DNA of 64,000 nucleotides from Acidobacteriota bacterium (GTDB lineage Bacteria; Acidobacteriota; UBA6911; RPQK01; JAJDTT01): NCBI GenBank assembly GCA_965116695.1, contig OZ220706.1, positions 770,415 to 834,414 of the forward strand, read 5' to 3'. Shown piece by piece: positions 9,962 to 18,203 of this stretch (position 1 is its first letter; each line of letters starts with the position of its first letter). The notes under the pieces were generated by a model. It saw only the letters and a program-made list of their open reading frames with translations, ran no database searches and was not told where the DNA came from. The position numbers and the translations under genes were made by a program.

Positions 9962-11224
9962 ATGTCGTTTCCCAGAATGTTGCGATTGAGTCAGAAGTTC
10001 GAGGGGCCGGAACTCACCGACGTGGAGCATGAGACCGGCTCGCAGTTGGCCGCGCTTGAGCTCGGAAACACGATTCGGCCCGGGGAGAGCGTCGCCATCA
10101 CGGCCGGCAGCCGCGGCATCGCCAACATCGCCTCCATCATCAAGGCGGCTTCCCGGCATCTCAAGGATATCGGCGCGGAACCCTTCGTGGTTCCGGCCAT
10201 GGGCAGCCACGGCGGCGGCACCGCCGAGGGACAACAGGAGATCCTTCACAGTTACGGCGTCACCGAGGAGTACACGGGAGCCCCGATCCGCTCCTCCATG
10301 GAGACGGTCATCGTGGACACGACTCCCCAGGGGATTCCCGTCCATTTCGATCGCCATGCCTACGAGGCGGATCACGTCATCGTCTGCGGCCGGGTGAAGC
10401 CCCATACCGGTTTCGTCGGTCCCATCGAATCGGGCCTTCACAAGATGATGCTCATCGGCCTGGGCAAGCATCAGGGCGCCAAGATCTATCATCGGGCCAT
10501 CAAGGACTTCAGCTTCCTGGAGATCATCCTGGCCGTGGCCGACGTCATCCTTTCCAAGTGCCGCGTCGCCGCGGGGCTGGCCATCGTGGAGAACGCCTAC
10601 GACGAGACCGCGCTCATCGAGGCGGTGGCCCCGGACCGGTTCTTCGAACGGGAAAAGGAGCTTCTCAAGCAGGCGCAACTCTGGATGCCGCGCCTTCCCT
10701 TCCCCGAAGTGGATCTCCTGGTGGTCGACGAGATCGGCAAGAACATCTCGGGCTCGGGCATGGACACCAATGTGGTGGGGCGCAAGTTCAACGACCACGG
10801 AGCCACCGAGGACGACACGGTCAACTGCAAGCGCATCTTCGTGCGCGGACTGACCCGCGAGACCCACGGCAACGCCTGCGGAATCGGCATGGCCGAGGTG
10901 ACCAACCAGAGGACCGTGGACCAGGCGAACCTGGTGGCCACCCGGATCAACGCCCTCACCGGAGGACACCCGTCCGCTGCGGCGGTTCCCATCGCCTTCG
11001 AAACCGATCAGGAAGCCATGCTCGCCATCCTGGAGACCGTGGGCCTGGTCGATCCGGTGGACTCGGGGATCGTCCAGATCGCCAACACGCTCAAGCTGGG
11101 CGAGGTCCTGGTGAGCGAGAAGTACACGCCCGAGGTCCGGGAACGCTCCGATCTGGAAGTGGTCTCAGGTCCCGACGCCATGGCGTTCGACGCCCACGGC
11201 AACTTGGCGCCCGTCGCTGTGTAG
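9962..11224 (+). CDS. LarA-like (DUF2088 / lactate-racemase N-terminal domain family) protein
   Basis: 420 aa. Motifs VAITAGSRGI, PAMGSHGGG and VKPHTGFVG resemble the nickel-pincer racemase family. It is the 3' part of a spurious 900-aa GC-frame ORF; ATG at 9962 follows the upstream gene's stop. Confidence 0.5.
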   Translation: MSFPRMLRLSQKFEGPELTDVEHETGSQLAALELGNTIRPGESVAITAGSRGIANIASIIKAASRHLKDIGAEPFVVPAMGSHGGGTAEGQQEILHSYGVTEEYTGAPIRSSMETVIVDTTPQGIPVHFDRHAYEADHVIVCGRVKPHTGFVGPIESGLHKMMLIGLGKHQGAKIYHRAIKDFSFLEIILAVADVILSKCRVAAGLAIVENAYDETALIEAVAPDRFFEREKELLKQAQLWMPRLPFPEVDLLVVDEIGKNISGSGMDTNVVGRKFNDHGATEDDTVNCKRIFVRGLTRETHGNACGIGMAEVTNQRTVDQANLVATRINALTGGHPSAAAVPIAFETDQEAMLAILETVGLVDPVDSGIVQIANTLKLGEVLVSEKYTPEVRERSDLEVVSGPDAMAFDAHGNLAPVAV

Positions 11225-11420
11225 CTGCCTACCCTCCGTAACTCCCATCCTCTTTAGGCAGCCGGCCGGAACGGCCGGTCCCCGACCCACAATCTTTCCT
11301 CACGCATTTTTCTGCTTGCTCGTTATTTTCTATGTAGGCAGCCGGTACGGAGCCTACCTTGAATGGCGACCGGCTTGAGCTGCAGTCCGAGACGGCAGAG
11401 TGCGGGAACACCCTGCCGCC

Positions 11421-11460
11421 TCTAAGTTAACTCGTCCTGCATGGGAGGAGGAGTCACTCT
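11421..11460 (+). promoter_or_regulatory. Conserved ~40-nt leader element, copy A (CTAAGTTAACTCGTCCTGCATGGGAGGAGGAGTCACTCT): imperfect palindrome ACTCGTCCTGC/GGAGGAGGAGT
   Basis: Near-identical copy (3-4 mismatches) at 13277-13316. Both lie ~100-130 nt upstream of an ORF starting with a similar TM helix. The arms can pair 9/11, sequestering a GGAGG-rich tract. Confidence 0.55.
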
Positions 11461-11558
11461 GAATTGCATTCTACTCAATCTCGACTCTTTCTGGTTGCAG
11501 ACAGGACACACGCCAGGGTGATTACGGTGTCACGCTGGAACGAAAGGAGAATAGCCGT

Positions 11559-12413
11559 ATGAAAGTCAACCGCTGGATAATTGGTGCGATCATCGCCACC
11601 ATCTCTCTCCTCGTCTTTTTCTGGTGGGATAGGCGCGAACCGATTCTGCAGGAGCCTAAGCCTGTCGTGGCCGAAGATGAAAGGCCGCATCGGAAACACC
11701 GTCACCAGACCCACCAACGTTCCGTGAAGGATGATTGCGCGTCCTGCCCGGACCTCCCTGAACCGGATGTAGAAAATCAAAAGCGTGCGGGGATCACGGC
11801 CGAGCAGTTCGTCGAAATGCGCCGTGAAGCTCAATACGAAGCCGCTGAACGGATCGGAGGCTGTTACGGGTTGTTGTTGAAGGCGGGTCTGGACGGCAAT
11901 CCGAATCCAAATACGGACCACTTGGATGGATGTGGAGGGAAGACTCCGCTTCACATCGCCAACACGCCGGAGATGGTTCGGGATCTGATTGAGGCCGGGG
12001 CCGATGTTAACGCCCAAGACGAATTCGGGGACACGCCCCTGCACAAGCAGGCCGCAATGTCGGAACCAACCGCGGAGACTCTGGAGATGGTCAGCATGCT
12101 TCTCGATGCAGGAGCCGATGGCCAGATCAAGAACCAGACTGAAGAAGCTCCGTGGAAAACGGCCCGGCTCATGGCCTCTACGGAGATCTCGCATATGACC
12201 GTTCAGGAGGCACTGGAAAAGGACGCATCGGCGCACGGAATGTCTGTGGAAGCCTTCCTGGACGCAAATCCCGGGCGAAAAGCCCGCTTGGACAGAATCC
12301 TCGAGGGGTACCTGTACGAAGCGAAGATCAAGAGATTGCTACTCAGATCTGCGATTGATCCGGAACGCCTGGAGATTCTGGACGAACAACGACGAGAAAT
12401 ACTAGGAGATTGA
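11559..12413 (+). CDS. Membrane-anchored ankyrin-repeat protein (N-terminal TM helix, at least 2 ANK repeats)
   Basis: 284 aa. Strong SD AAAGGAGAA. TM helix IIGAIIATISLLVFFWW. ANK consensus GKTPLHIANTPEMVRDLIEAGADVNAQDEFGDTPLHKQAA. Lower GC than the genome. Confidence 0.75.
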   Translation: MKVNRWIIGAIIATISLLVFFWWDRREPILQEPKPVVAEDERPHRKHRHQTHQRSVKDDCASCPDLPEPDVENQKRAGITAEQFVEMRREAQYEAAERIGGCYGLLLKAGLDGNPNPNTDHLDGCGGKTPLHIANTPEMVRDLIEAGADVNAQDEFGDTPLHKQAAMSEPTAETLEMVSMLLDAGADGQIKNQTEEAPWKTARLMASTEISHMTVQEALEKDASAHGMSVEAFLDANPGRKARLDRILEGYLYEAKIKRLLLRSAIDPERLEILDEQRREILGD

Positions 12414-12416
12414 TTG

Positions 12417-12680
12417 ATGTTGAAATTGAAAGCTTGTCTGATCCTGATCCTGTTGACGACGGTCACTCCCGTCCAGGAGGTGGAGGCTCGGATCTGCTGC
12501 TTGCCCGACCCGACATGTTGGTTCAAGTGTTGGAGGCAGAATCAATTCTGCCAGCACGCCGCCGAAACCGACTACCAGCTCTGCATCAAGAACGGCGAAG
12601 AGGCAGCGTGCAGATTCGTCTACAGATTGGAGAAGGGAATATGTGCCATCCAATACAACCGCTGCTGGGAACGCTGCTGA
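12417..12680 (+). CDS. Secreted cysteine-rich peptide, paralog 1 (signal peptide + 10-Cys mature domain, core 8-Cys C-x3-C-x6-C-x10-C-x8-C-x10-C-x6-C-x3-C)
   Basis: SD AGGAG 8 nt upstream of ATG. Cleavable-type signal MLKLKACLILILLTTVTPVQEVEA. Mature domain ~63 aa. Confidence 0.7.
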   Translation: MLKLKACLILILLTTVTPVQEVEARICCLPDPTCWFKCWRQNQFCQHAAETDYQLCIKNGEEAACRFVYRLEKGICAIQYNRCWERC

Positions 12681-12703
12681 CCCAATTGCAAAGGAGAACA
12701 AAA

Positions 12704-12982
12704 GTGAAAATATTTTTCTCGATATGTTTGATTCTGGCCGCCGTACTGGTGCCGTCGCAGATGACACTCAGGGCAGACGGGGTTATCGAAATCCCGTGGG
12801 GCTATTTCTGCCGAAGGAATTGTGATGATGATCAACAAAACTGCCACAATCGTGCCGGAGAGTTTCTAAGAAGATGCGAACGGTATTCGGAGGAGGCGCA
12901 GTGCTACGAGCACTACCAGTTCAAGATCCGGATGTGCAACCGGGAGTTTGAACGCTGCATGCGAATCTGCGGCACCGGCTAG
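12704..12982 (+). CDS. Secreted cysteine-rich peptide, paralog 2 (8-Cys, identical spacing)
   Basis: GTG start 5 nt after the AAGGAGAA SD. Signal KIFFSICLILAAVLVP. Mature CRRNC...CHNRAGEFLRRCERYSEEAQCYEHYQFKIRMCNREFERCMRIC aligns with paralog 3. Confidence 0.65.
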   Translation: MKIFFSICLILAAVLVPSQMTLRADGVIEIPWGYFCRRNCDDDQQNCHNRAGEFLRRCERYSEEAQCYEHYQFKIRMCNREFERCMRICGTG

Positions 12983-13276
12983 GAGACCCGGAACATCCCA
13001 AAAGGGGCCGGTGGAAATATCGGCCCCTCCCCCACTCGCCCCATCAATTGGGGCTTCCCGGCAGTCCCGTCCCGAGGAAAGCCGGAGACGTGGTTCTCTA
13101 CAGGCAGGACCTATGAGAACCAAGAATGCCGTGGGGAGTCCAATGGATGATTGGGGACAACGGTTCGAACTGGCAGGAAGTGGCTGAGATTCAATGCAGT
13201 GTCCACAGGTCTCGACTCGTCGTGCCAGGTTCTACCGCTTCGGAGTCGAGCCTGTCGAATGGGGCTACATTCGACA

Positions 13277-13316
13277 GGCTCTAAATCAACTCGTCCTGCG
13301 TAGGAGGAGGAGTCAA
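13277..13316 (+). promoter_or_regulatory. Conserved ~40-nt leader element, copy B (CTAAATCAACTCGTCCTGCGTAGGAGGAGGAGTCAATCT), preceded by a perfect 11-bp hairpin (13244-13273)
   Basis: Direct sequence match to copy A at 11421-11460. Followed ~75 nt downstream by the SD AAAGGAGG and a short TM ORF. Confidence 0.55.
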
Positions 13317-13392
13317 TCTTGCGAAATTATACTCGTCCGGCTTCAGGCTTGTCTGCGCAGGACTTCCGTCCTAACGAAAGGAGGTCCGATCC

Positions 13393-13524
13393 ATGACAGT
13401 AATGCATTGGAAACCGGGAATGATTCTCGTCATTCCCCTGCTGCTGATTCTCTGGTGGTGTTGGGAGGACACCGATCCGGCACGCGTGAGTGATCCTCCA
13501 CAACAACCCCTAACGGGGCAGTAG
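13393..13524 (+). CDS. Small (43-aa) single-TM ORF, a truncated paralog of the N-terminus of the ankyrin protein (MTVMHWKPGMILVIPLLLILWWCWEDTDP...)
   Basis: Below the ORF-track size cutoff. SD AAAGGAGG 8 nt upstream. The TM helix plus WW(C)W-acidic motif mirrors LLVFFWWDRREP of the 11559 gene. May be a remnant or a small membrane protein. Confidence 0.4.
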   Translation: MTVMHWKPGMILVIPLLLILWWCWEDTDPARVSDPPQQPLTGQ

Positions 13525-13591
13525 TTGGAGAGTCTGAAACATGACTGGGAGGACGGAGACGTCTTGGAATAACAAAAAGTAAGGAGAATCA

Positions 13592-13846
13592 ATGAAAGCC
13601 ATTGTCACACTCATGATCACGCTGTTCATTCTACAAGCATCGGTTGTGACCGTACCCGGAAGTTCGGGCCAAGCGGGCTGTCAAATACGCTGCTGGGTCC
13701 GTCACGAGCGGTGTCTGTCGGCAGCTTATGACGCCTATCGGAGGTGTCGACGATTTGGGGAAGAAATGCAATGCTATTATGTCCTTCAATTCCAGGAGAG
13801 AATTTGCAATCGGGAATACAGACACTGCGTGAGATGGTGTAGGTAA
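13592..13846 (+). CDS. Secreted cysteine-rich peptide, paralog 3 (8-Cys, identical spacing, strongly cationic)
   Basis: SD AAGGAGAA. Signal MKAIVTLMITLFILQASVVTVPG. Mature CQIRCWVRHERCLSAAYDAYRRCRRFGEEMQCYYVLQFQERICNREYRHCVRWCR. Confidence 0.7.
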   Translation: MKAIVTLMITLFILQASVVTVPGSSGQAGCQIRCWVRHERCLSAAYDAYRRCRRFGEEMQCYYVLQFQERICNREYRHCVRWCR

Positions 13847-13863
13847 TTCGAACCCCATCCCAA

Positions 13864-13887
13864 GGGGCCGGTCGTCCGACCGGCCCC
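13864..13887 (+). terminator. GC-rich perfect hairpin (GGGGCCGGTCG-tc-CGACCGGCCCC) immediately downstream of peptide gene 3
   Basis: 11-bp perfect stem. No U-tract, so intrinsic-terminator function is uncertain. A similar hairpin (AGGGGCCG...CGGCCCCT) follows peptide gene 2 at ~13003-13030. Confidence 0.35.
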
Positions 13888-14022
13888 GACATCCTTCCAG
13901 CCGTCAGCGCCACCCCCACCAACTGTTGCTCCTGATAATTCGCAATTCTCATTCCCCGACTCGCCGTGATCTGGTAAACAAGTGCGGGACTATCGCGGAA
14001 CCCGACGGAGGGGAGAGAGACA

Positions 14023-16947
14023 ATGGGATTGTCGCCGCTGCACCACTGGCGAAGAGATTTTTCATCAGCTTCGGGAATCCTTCTGGCTCTGACCCTGACG
14101 GCAGCGGTCTCCGCGAACCTCCATCCCCAGTCCAATATCCAACGGATCCGCCACAGCGGCTTCGAAAGCCTGAGCCAGGGGCGTTTGGGCGATGCCGGGG
14201 CGAACACCTACATCTCCCGAAAAGGACGGCTCCAGACCATCAACCGGCTCGATCTGAACCGGGATGGAGAGTTGGATCTGGTCTTCACCCAGGACCACAA
14301 CAGCGTCTACAACCCCGACTCCCTCATCTACTGGGGAGGTCCCGAAGGCTTCCGGTCGCTGATGCCCGACTTGTGGGAGCTCCGAGCCCCGTTCTCCATC
14401 TTGAAGTACCTGGAAGACTCTGCCTCCCGCATCACCCGGCTCCCCACCCAGGGTGGCGGCCGCGGTTTGATCTCGGACCTGAATCTGGACGGGTTCCCCG
14501 ACATCGTCATCGCCAACTTCATGCACAACTACCGGCCGGACCAGGATGTCTTCATCTATTGGGGCGGACCGTCCGGATACGGCCTCGGCAACCATACGCA
14601 GCTTCCCGCCTATCGGGCCGGCGGAGTCGCGGCAGATGACTTGAACGGGGACGGCTTTCCCGATCTGGTGGTCGCCAACCGGGGGGATGAGCTCGGCGAA
14701 TCCCTGGGGTTCCGGTTGCATTTGGAATCGTACATCTACTGGGGAAGCGTCACCGGCTTTCATCCCGAACGCCGGAGTTCGGTCCCCAGTGTCACGGCAC
14801 AGGACGCGGCCATTGGAGACTTCAACGGCGACGGCTTCCCGGACCTGGCCTTCGCCAACCACAACAGCCAGGTCCACAACTGTTTCGTCTATTGGGGAGA
14901 CGGCAAGGGAGGATTCGGACCCGGACGGCGTCAGGTTCTCGATGCCAAGGACCTCCATCTCGATGCGGAAGTGAAATCGGGAAAGCGGATGCACGACGGC
15001 ATGAGCACGCTCCTGGCTACGGATCTCAACGGAGACGGGATCCATGACCTGGTCGCCGCCGGCAGTTCCAACGGCGTCGTGTTTTTCGGATCTCCCGGAG
15101 GACTCGATCCCCAAAACTCGATTCAGCTCCCGGCAGATTCGTGCCAGGGACTGGCGGCTGCGGATCTCAATGACGACGGCAGGGTCGATCTCGTTTTCGC
15201 CAACAAGGGAGGCCGCAGGGATTCGCCTCCGGCATCGGAGATTTTCTGGGGGACGGAAAACGGATTCAGCCCCGCAAAACGCACGCCCCTCCCCACCCTG
15301 GCCGCGACGACGGTTCAAGCGGCCGATCTGAATCTTGACGGTCATCTCGACCTTCTTTTCGGCAACAGCCGTGGCCAGGCCACCGTCGACGCGCCTTCCT
15401 ACATCTACTGGGGAAGCGATCGTGGTTTCTCCCGGCACCGGCGCACCAAGCTGCTGGGATTCGGCGTCGACGGTTCGGGCATCGCCGACCTGGACGGGAA
15501 CGGCTGGCCGGACATTCTCCTGGTCAATCATTTGAGCAGTGACACCGATATCCTTCCCACGGCCATCTTCTGGGGCGAATCCCAACGCCAATACGGAGAT
15601 TCCTCGCTGACGTTGTTGAGACCGGGCGGAACAATGGAGTACAGCATCGCCGATCTGGACGACGACGACTTTCCCGACCTGCTCCTGGTTCACCGGGAGG
15701 GACCGGCCATCTGGTGGGGCGGAACCGAGGGGTACAGCGTCGACAGGCGCACCCGGCTGAAGGTCCAACGGCCCAGCAGCAACAACATTGCGGATCTGAA
15801 CCGGGACGGCTACCTGGACCTCCTCTTCACCGGTCCCGGCGGTTCCGGCCGCAAGGACGTCGAAGCTGTCACCATCGTCTGGGGCGATGAGGGACGGTTC
15901 GAATCGCCGAGCACGACCCAGTGGGATCTACACGACAAGATGCTGGAAGCCAACGCCATCGCCGATCTGAACCGGGACGGCCACCTGGACCTGGTCTTTC
16001 CCATGAGCTACGTCGACCGGTCGGAGATTGTCTGGGGAAGCCCCGGCGGATACCGGAGAGAGAACCATTTGCTGTTGGACGCCCACGGCGCCGCCCATGC
16101 GGTGCCGGCCGACCTGGACCGGGACGGCTGGCTCGACCTGCTCTTCACCAGCAGCGCCAGTCCCCGGTACCGCGACATGGACGGGCCCGCACTCATCTAT
16201 TGGGGGAGTCCCGACGGGCTCACCGCGGCCCCGCCCACTCCGCTGGAAGGATTCACGAGTCTGGACGCCACCATCGCCGATTTCAATGAGGACGGCCATC
16301 TGGATATCGCGCTGACCAACTACAAGTCGGCCACGACGCGGGAGATTCCCGCTTTCGTCTATTGGGGAGACGGGAGCCGAAACTACTCGAAGACGCGGCG
16401 GACCCTGGTGAAGGCCGCGTCTTCGGCGGCAGTGGATGCTCTGGATCTGGACCGGGACGGCTGGGTGGACCTGGTGGTCTCCAACCACCAGACCTTCTTC
16501 GACCATGCGGCCGGGACGAACATCTACTGGGGCTCGGCGGCGGGCTTCGACGATTCCCGTCGAACCCATCTGCCGACGGTGGGCGTCCATCTGGACGCCA
16601 TGGTCGATGCCGGGAACGTCTACACCCGGGAACCGGTGTGGGATTTTATTTCCGTCCCGGTGGAGGCGCCTGAGGGAACCCGTTTCAAGCGCCTGCTCTG
16701 GTCCGGCGAAACGCCGCTGGGCACGGGACTCCAGTTCCAGGTGCGCACTGCTGCGGGGCGAGACGGCCTGGAAACGGCCCCGTGGAGAGGTCCCGAGGGT
16801 TCCGGCTCCTTCTATTCCGCGCCCGGAGGCCTCTTGCGCCAGATCCCGGAAGCCCATTCCTGGCTCCAGTACCGGGTGGTCCTGGTCTCCCCCGACGGCG
16901 GCAATTCACCGATCCTCACCGAGGTGATCCTGGAGTGCGAACCCTGA
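14023..16947 (+). CDS. Large secreted FG-GAP/VCBS repeat protein (integrin-alpha-like beta-propeller repeats, at least 14 repeats)
   Basis: 974 aa. Reiterated D(L/F)NGDG(F/W)PDLV..N ... (I/V)YWG motifs. N-terminal signal-like segment. Confidence 0.85.
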   Translation: MGLSPLHHWRRDFSSASGILLALTLTAAVSANLHPQSNIQRIRHSGFESLSQGRLGDAGANTYISRKGRLQTINRLDLNRDGELDLVFTQDHNSVYNPDSLIYWGGPEGFRSLMPDLWELRAPFSILKYLEDSASRITRLPTQGGGRGLISDLNLDGFPDIVIANFMHNYRPDQDVFIYWGGPSGYGLGNHTQLPAYRAGGVAADDLNGDGFPDLVVANRGDELGESLGFRLHLESYIYWGSVTGFHPERRSSVPSVTAQDAAIGDFNGDGFPDLAFANHNSQVHNCFVYWGDGKGGFGPGRRQVLDAKDLHLDAEVKSGKRMHDGMSTLLATDLNGDGIHDLVAAGSSNGVVFFGSPGGLDPQNSIQLPADSCQGLAAADLNDDGRVDLVFANKGGRRDSPPASEIFWGTENGFSPAKRTPLPTLAATTVQAADLNLDGHLDLLFGNSRGQATVDAPSYIYWGSDRGFSRHRRTKLLGFGVDGSGIADLDGNGWPDILLVNHLSSDTDILPTAIFWGESQRQYGDSSLTLLRPGGTMEYSIADLDDDDFPDLLLVHREGPAIWWGGTEGYSVDRRTRLKVQRPSSNNIADLNRDGYLDLLFTGPGGSGRKDVEAVTIVWGDEGRFESPSTTQWDLHDKMLEANAIADLNRDGHLDLVFPMSYVDRSEIVWGSPGGYRRENHLLLDAHGAAHAVPADLDRDGWLDLLFTSSASPRYRDMDGPALIYWGSPDGLTAAPPTPLEGFTSLDATIADFNEDGHLDIALTNYKSATTREIPAFVYWGDGSRNYSKTRRTLVKAASSAAVDALDLDRDGWVDLVVSNHQTFFDHAAGTNIYWGSAAGFDDSRRTHLPTVGVHLDAMVDAGNVYTREPVWDFISVPVEAPEGTRFKRLLWSGETPLGTGLQFQVRTAAGRDGLETAPWRGPEGSGSFYSAPGGLLRQIPEAHSWLQYRVVLVSPDGGNSPILTEVILECEP

Positions 16948-16976
16948 CCGGGGATCGGCTCGGGATACCGGTTCCA

Positions 16977-18203
16977 ATGAAAAGCGCAATGATCAAGCTC
17001 CTGCTGGGTCTGGCTTCCACACTGGTGATCCTGACGGTCGCCGAGGTGGGACTGCGTCTCTCCGGCTACGATCCCAACACCAGTCCCTATTATCGTTTCG
17101 ACCCGGACCTGGGCTGGACGTTGGACCCGGTCCACGGCCGCGTCGCCGGGCTCAACTCCCGAGGATTCCGTTCGCCTGAGGTGAGCCGGACCAAGCCGGA
17201 GGGGACCCGGCGGCTGTTGAACCTGGGAGATTCGTTCTCGGCGGGGATGAACGTCGCCTACGGGCAGACCTACCCGGGACTGCTCGCAGACCGGCTCAGC
17301 CAAGACGGCGAGTCCTGGGAGGTCATCAACCTGGCCGTGGGGGACTGGGGCACCAATCAGCAATTGATCGCATTGGAGACGCTGGGGTTGGACATGAGTC
17401 CGGATGTGGTGGTTCTCCAGGTGTTCCCCTTCAACGATCTCTGCAACAACAGCGTCCAACTCGCCCATACCTGCAGCATGCAGGACCTGTTCCGTCCCTA
17501 TCTGAACCCGGCCGATCCGGACCTGGAACCTTTCTTTCTGGATCCGGTCAGAGCCGGGTTGCGCCGCCGTTTCCGGATCTTCGGCCTGGTGGAGGAACCT
17601 GCGGTGCGGGCCTCGTTCTGGTACCAGGGGATCCGAGCGGGCGACGGCAAATCGACTCAGCGGTATTTCCTGAAGCACGCACGGCAAGCCGGACTCTCCG
17701 TCACCGGTGCACTCGCTTCCCTTCTCCCCGAAGACCACCAACCGCCGCAATTGCGTCGAGCGTGGAATGACACGGTATCGGCTCTGAAAGGCGTAAAAGG
17801 TCTGCTCGACAAACACCGGATTCCGCTGATTGCCCTGGTCATCCCCTACAAGTGGACTCTGTCGGAACTCTGGGTTCAGTACAAGCGGGGGAAACCGGAA
17901 GGAATGGATCCCCGGTATGGAACAAACCGGGTCGAAGGCATCCTGAACGATCTGGGGGCCACCGTGATTTCGATCCGGCAGAGCTTCGAAGCCAGTTCGA
18001 CTCCAATCAAGGATTTCTTTCTCACCGACAGCCATTTCAATCAGAATGGTCACGCTCACGCCGCCGAACAGATTCTCGACAGGATGCGAGAAGCAGGTTG
18101 GACGCAGAGCCGGTCTCAGGACCAGGAGATCGACTCCATTCGAGCCGATCTGGAACGAAGCCATCGAGAGTTGTTCGGGTGCCAGCCATGCCGGAGCGAT
18201 TGA
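16977..18203 (+). CDS. SGNH/GDSL-like hydrolase family protein with N-terminal TM/signal
   Basis: Start trimmed to the ATG after the FG-GAP stop (MKSAMIKLLLGLASTLVIL). GDSFSAG block. A paralog is at the window end (63363-). Confidence 0.65.
   Translation: MKSAMIKLLLGLASTLVILTVAEVGLRLSGYDPNTSPYYRFDPDLGWTLDPVHGRVAGLNSRGFRSPEVSRTKPEGTRRLLNLGDSFSAGMNVAYGQTYPGLLADRLSQDGESWEVINLAVGDWGTNQQLIALETLGLDMSPDVVVLQVFPFNDLCNNSVQLAHTCSMQDLFRPYLNPADPDLEPFFLDPVRAGLRRRFRIFGLVEEPAVRASFWYQGIRAGDGKSTQRYFLKHARQAGLSVTGALASLLPEDHQPPQLRRAWNDTVSALKGVKGLLDKHRIPLIALVIPYKWTLSELWVQYKRGKPEGMDPRYGTNRVEGILNDLGATVISIRQSFEASSTPIKDFFLTDSHFNQNGHAHAAEQILDRMREAGWTQSRSQDQEIDSIRADLERSHRELFGCQPCRSD

Noticed and set aside
8522-11224. 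900-aa plus-strand ORF, the longest in the window
   Set aside because: Its first ~1.4 kb overlaps the well-supported BNR propeller gene (8289-9863) in a different frame and translates to low-complexity Arg/Pro/Gly-rich sequence typical of off-frame high-GC DNA. Only the 3' portion (9962-11224) is a coherent protein.
12948-13493. ORFs 12866-13123(-), 12948-13187(+) and 13194-13493(+) in the spacer between peptide genes 2 and 3
   Set aside because: No SD or credible start. The translations are low complexity. The region is better explained by hairpins, the duplicated leader motif and the 43-aa TM ORF.
12417-13846. Possibility that the Cys-rich peptides are ferredoxin/HiPIP-type metal-binding domains or rubredoxin-like
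   Set aside because: There are no CxxC..CxxC pairs. The spacing is C-x3-C / C-x6-C and so on. Signal peptides imply export. Net positive charge and tandem diversification fit secreted disulfide peptides better.
14065-15768. 567-aa minus-strand ORF antisense to the FG-GAP gene
   Set aside because: It lies opposite a gene with unmistakable periodic FG-GAP repeats. A shadow ORF arising from the repetitive, GC-rich sequence.
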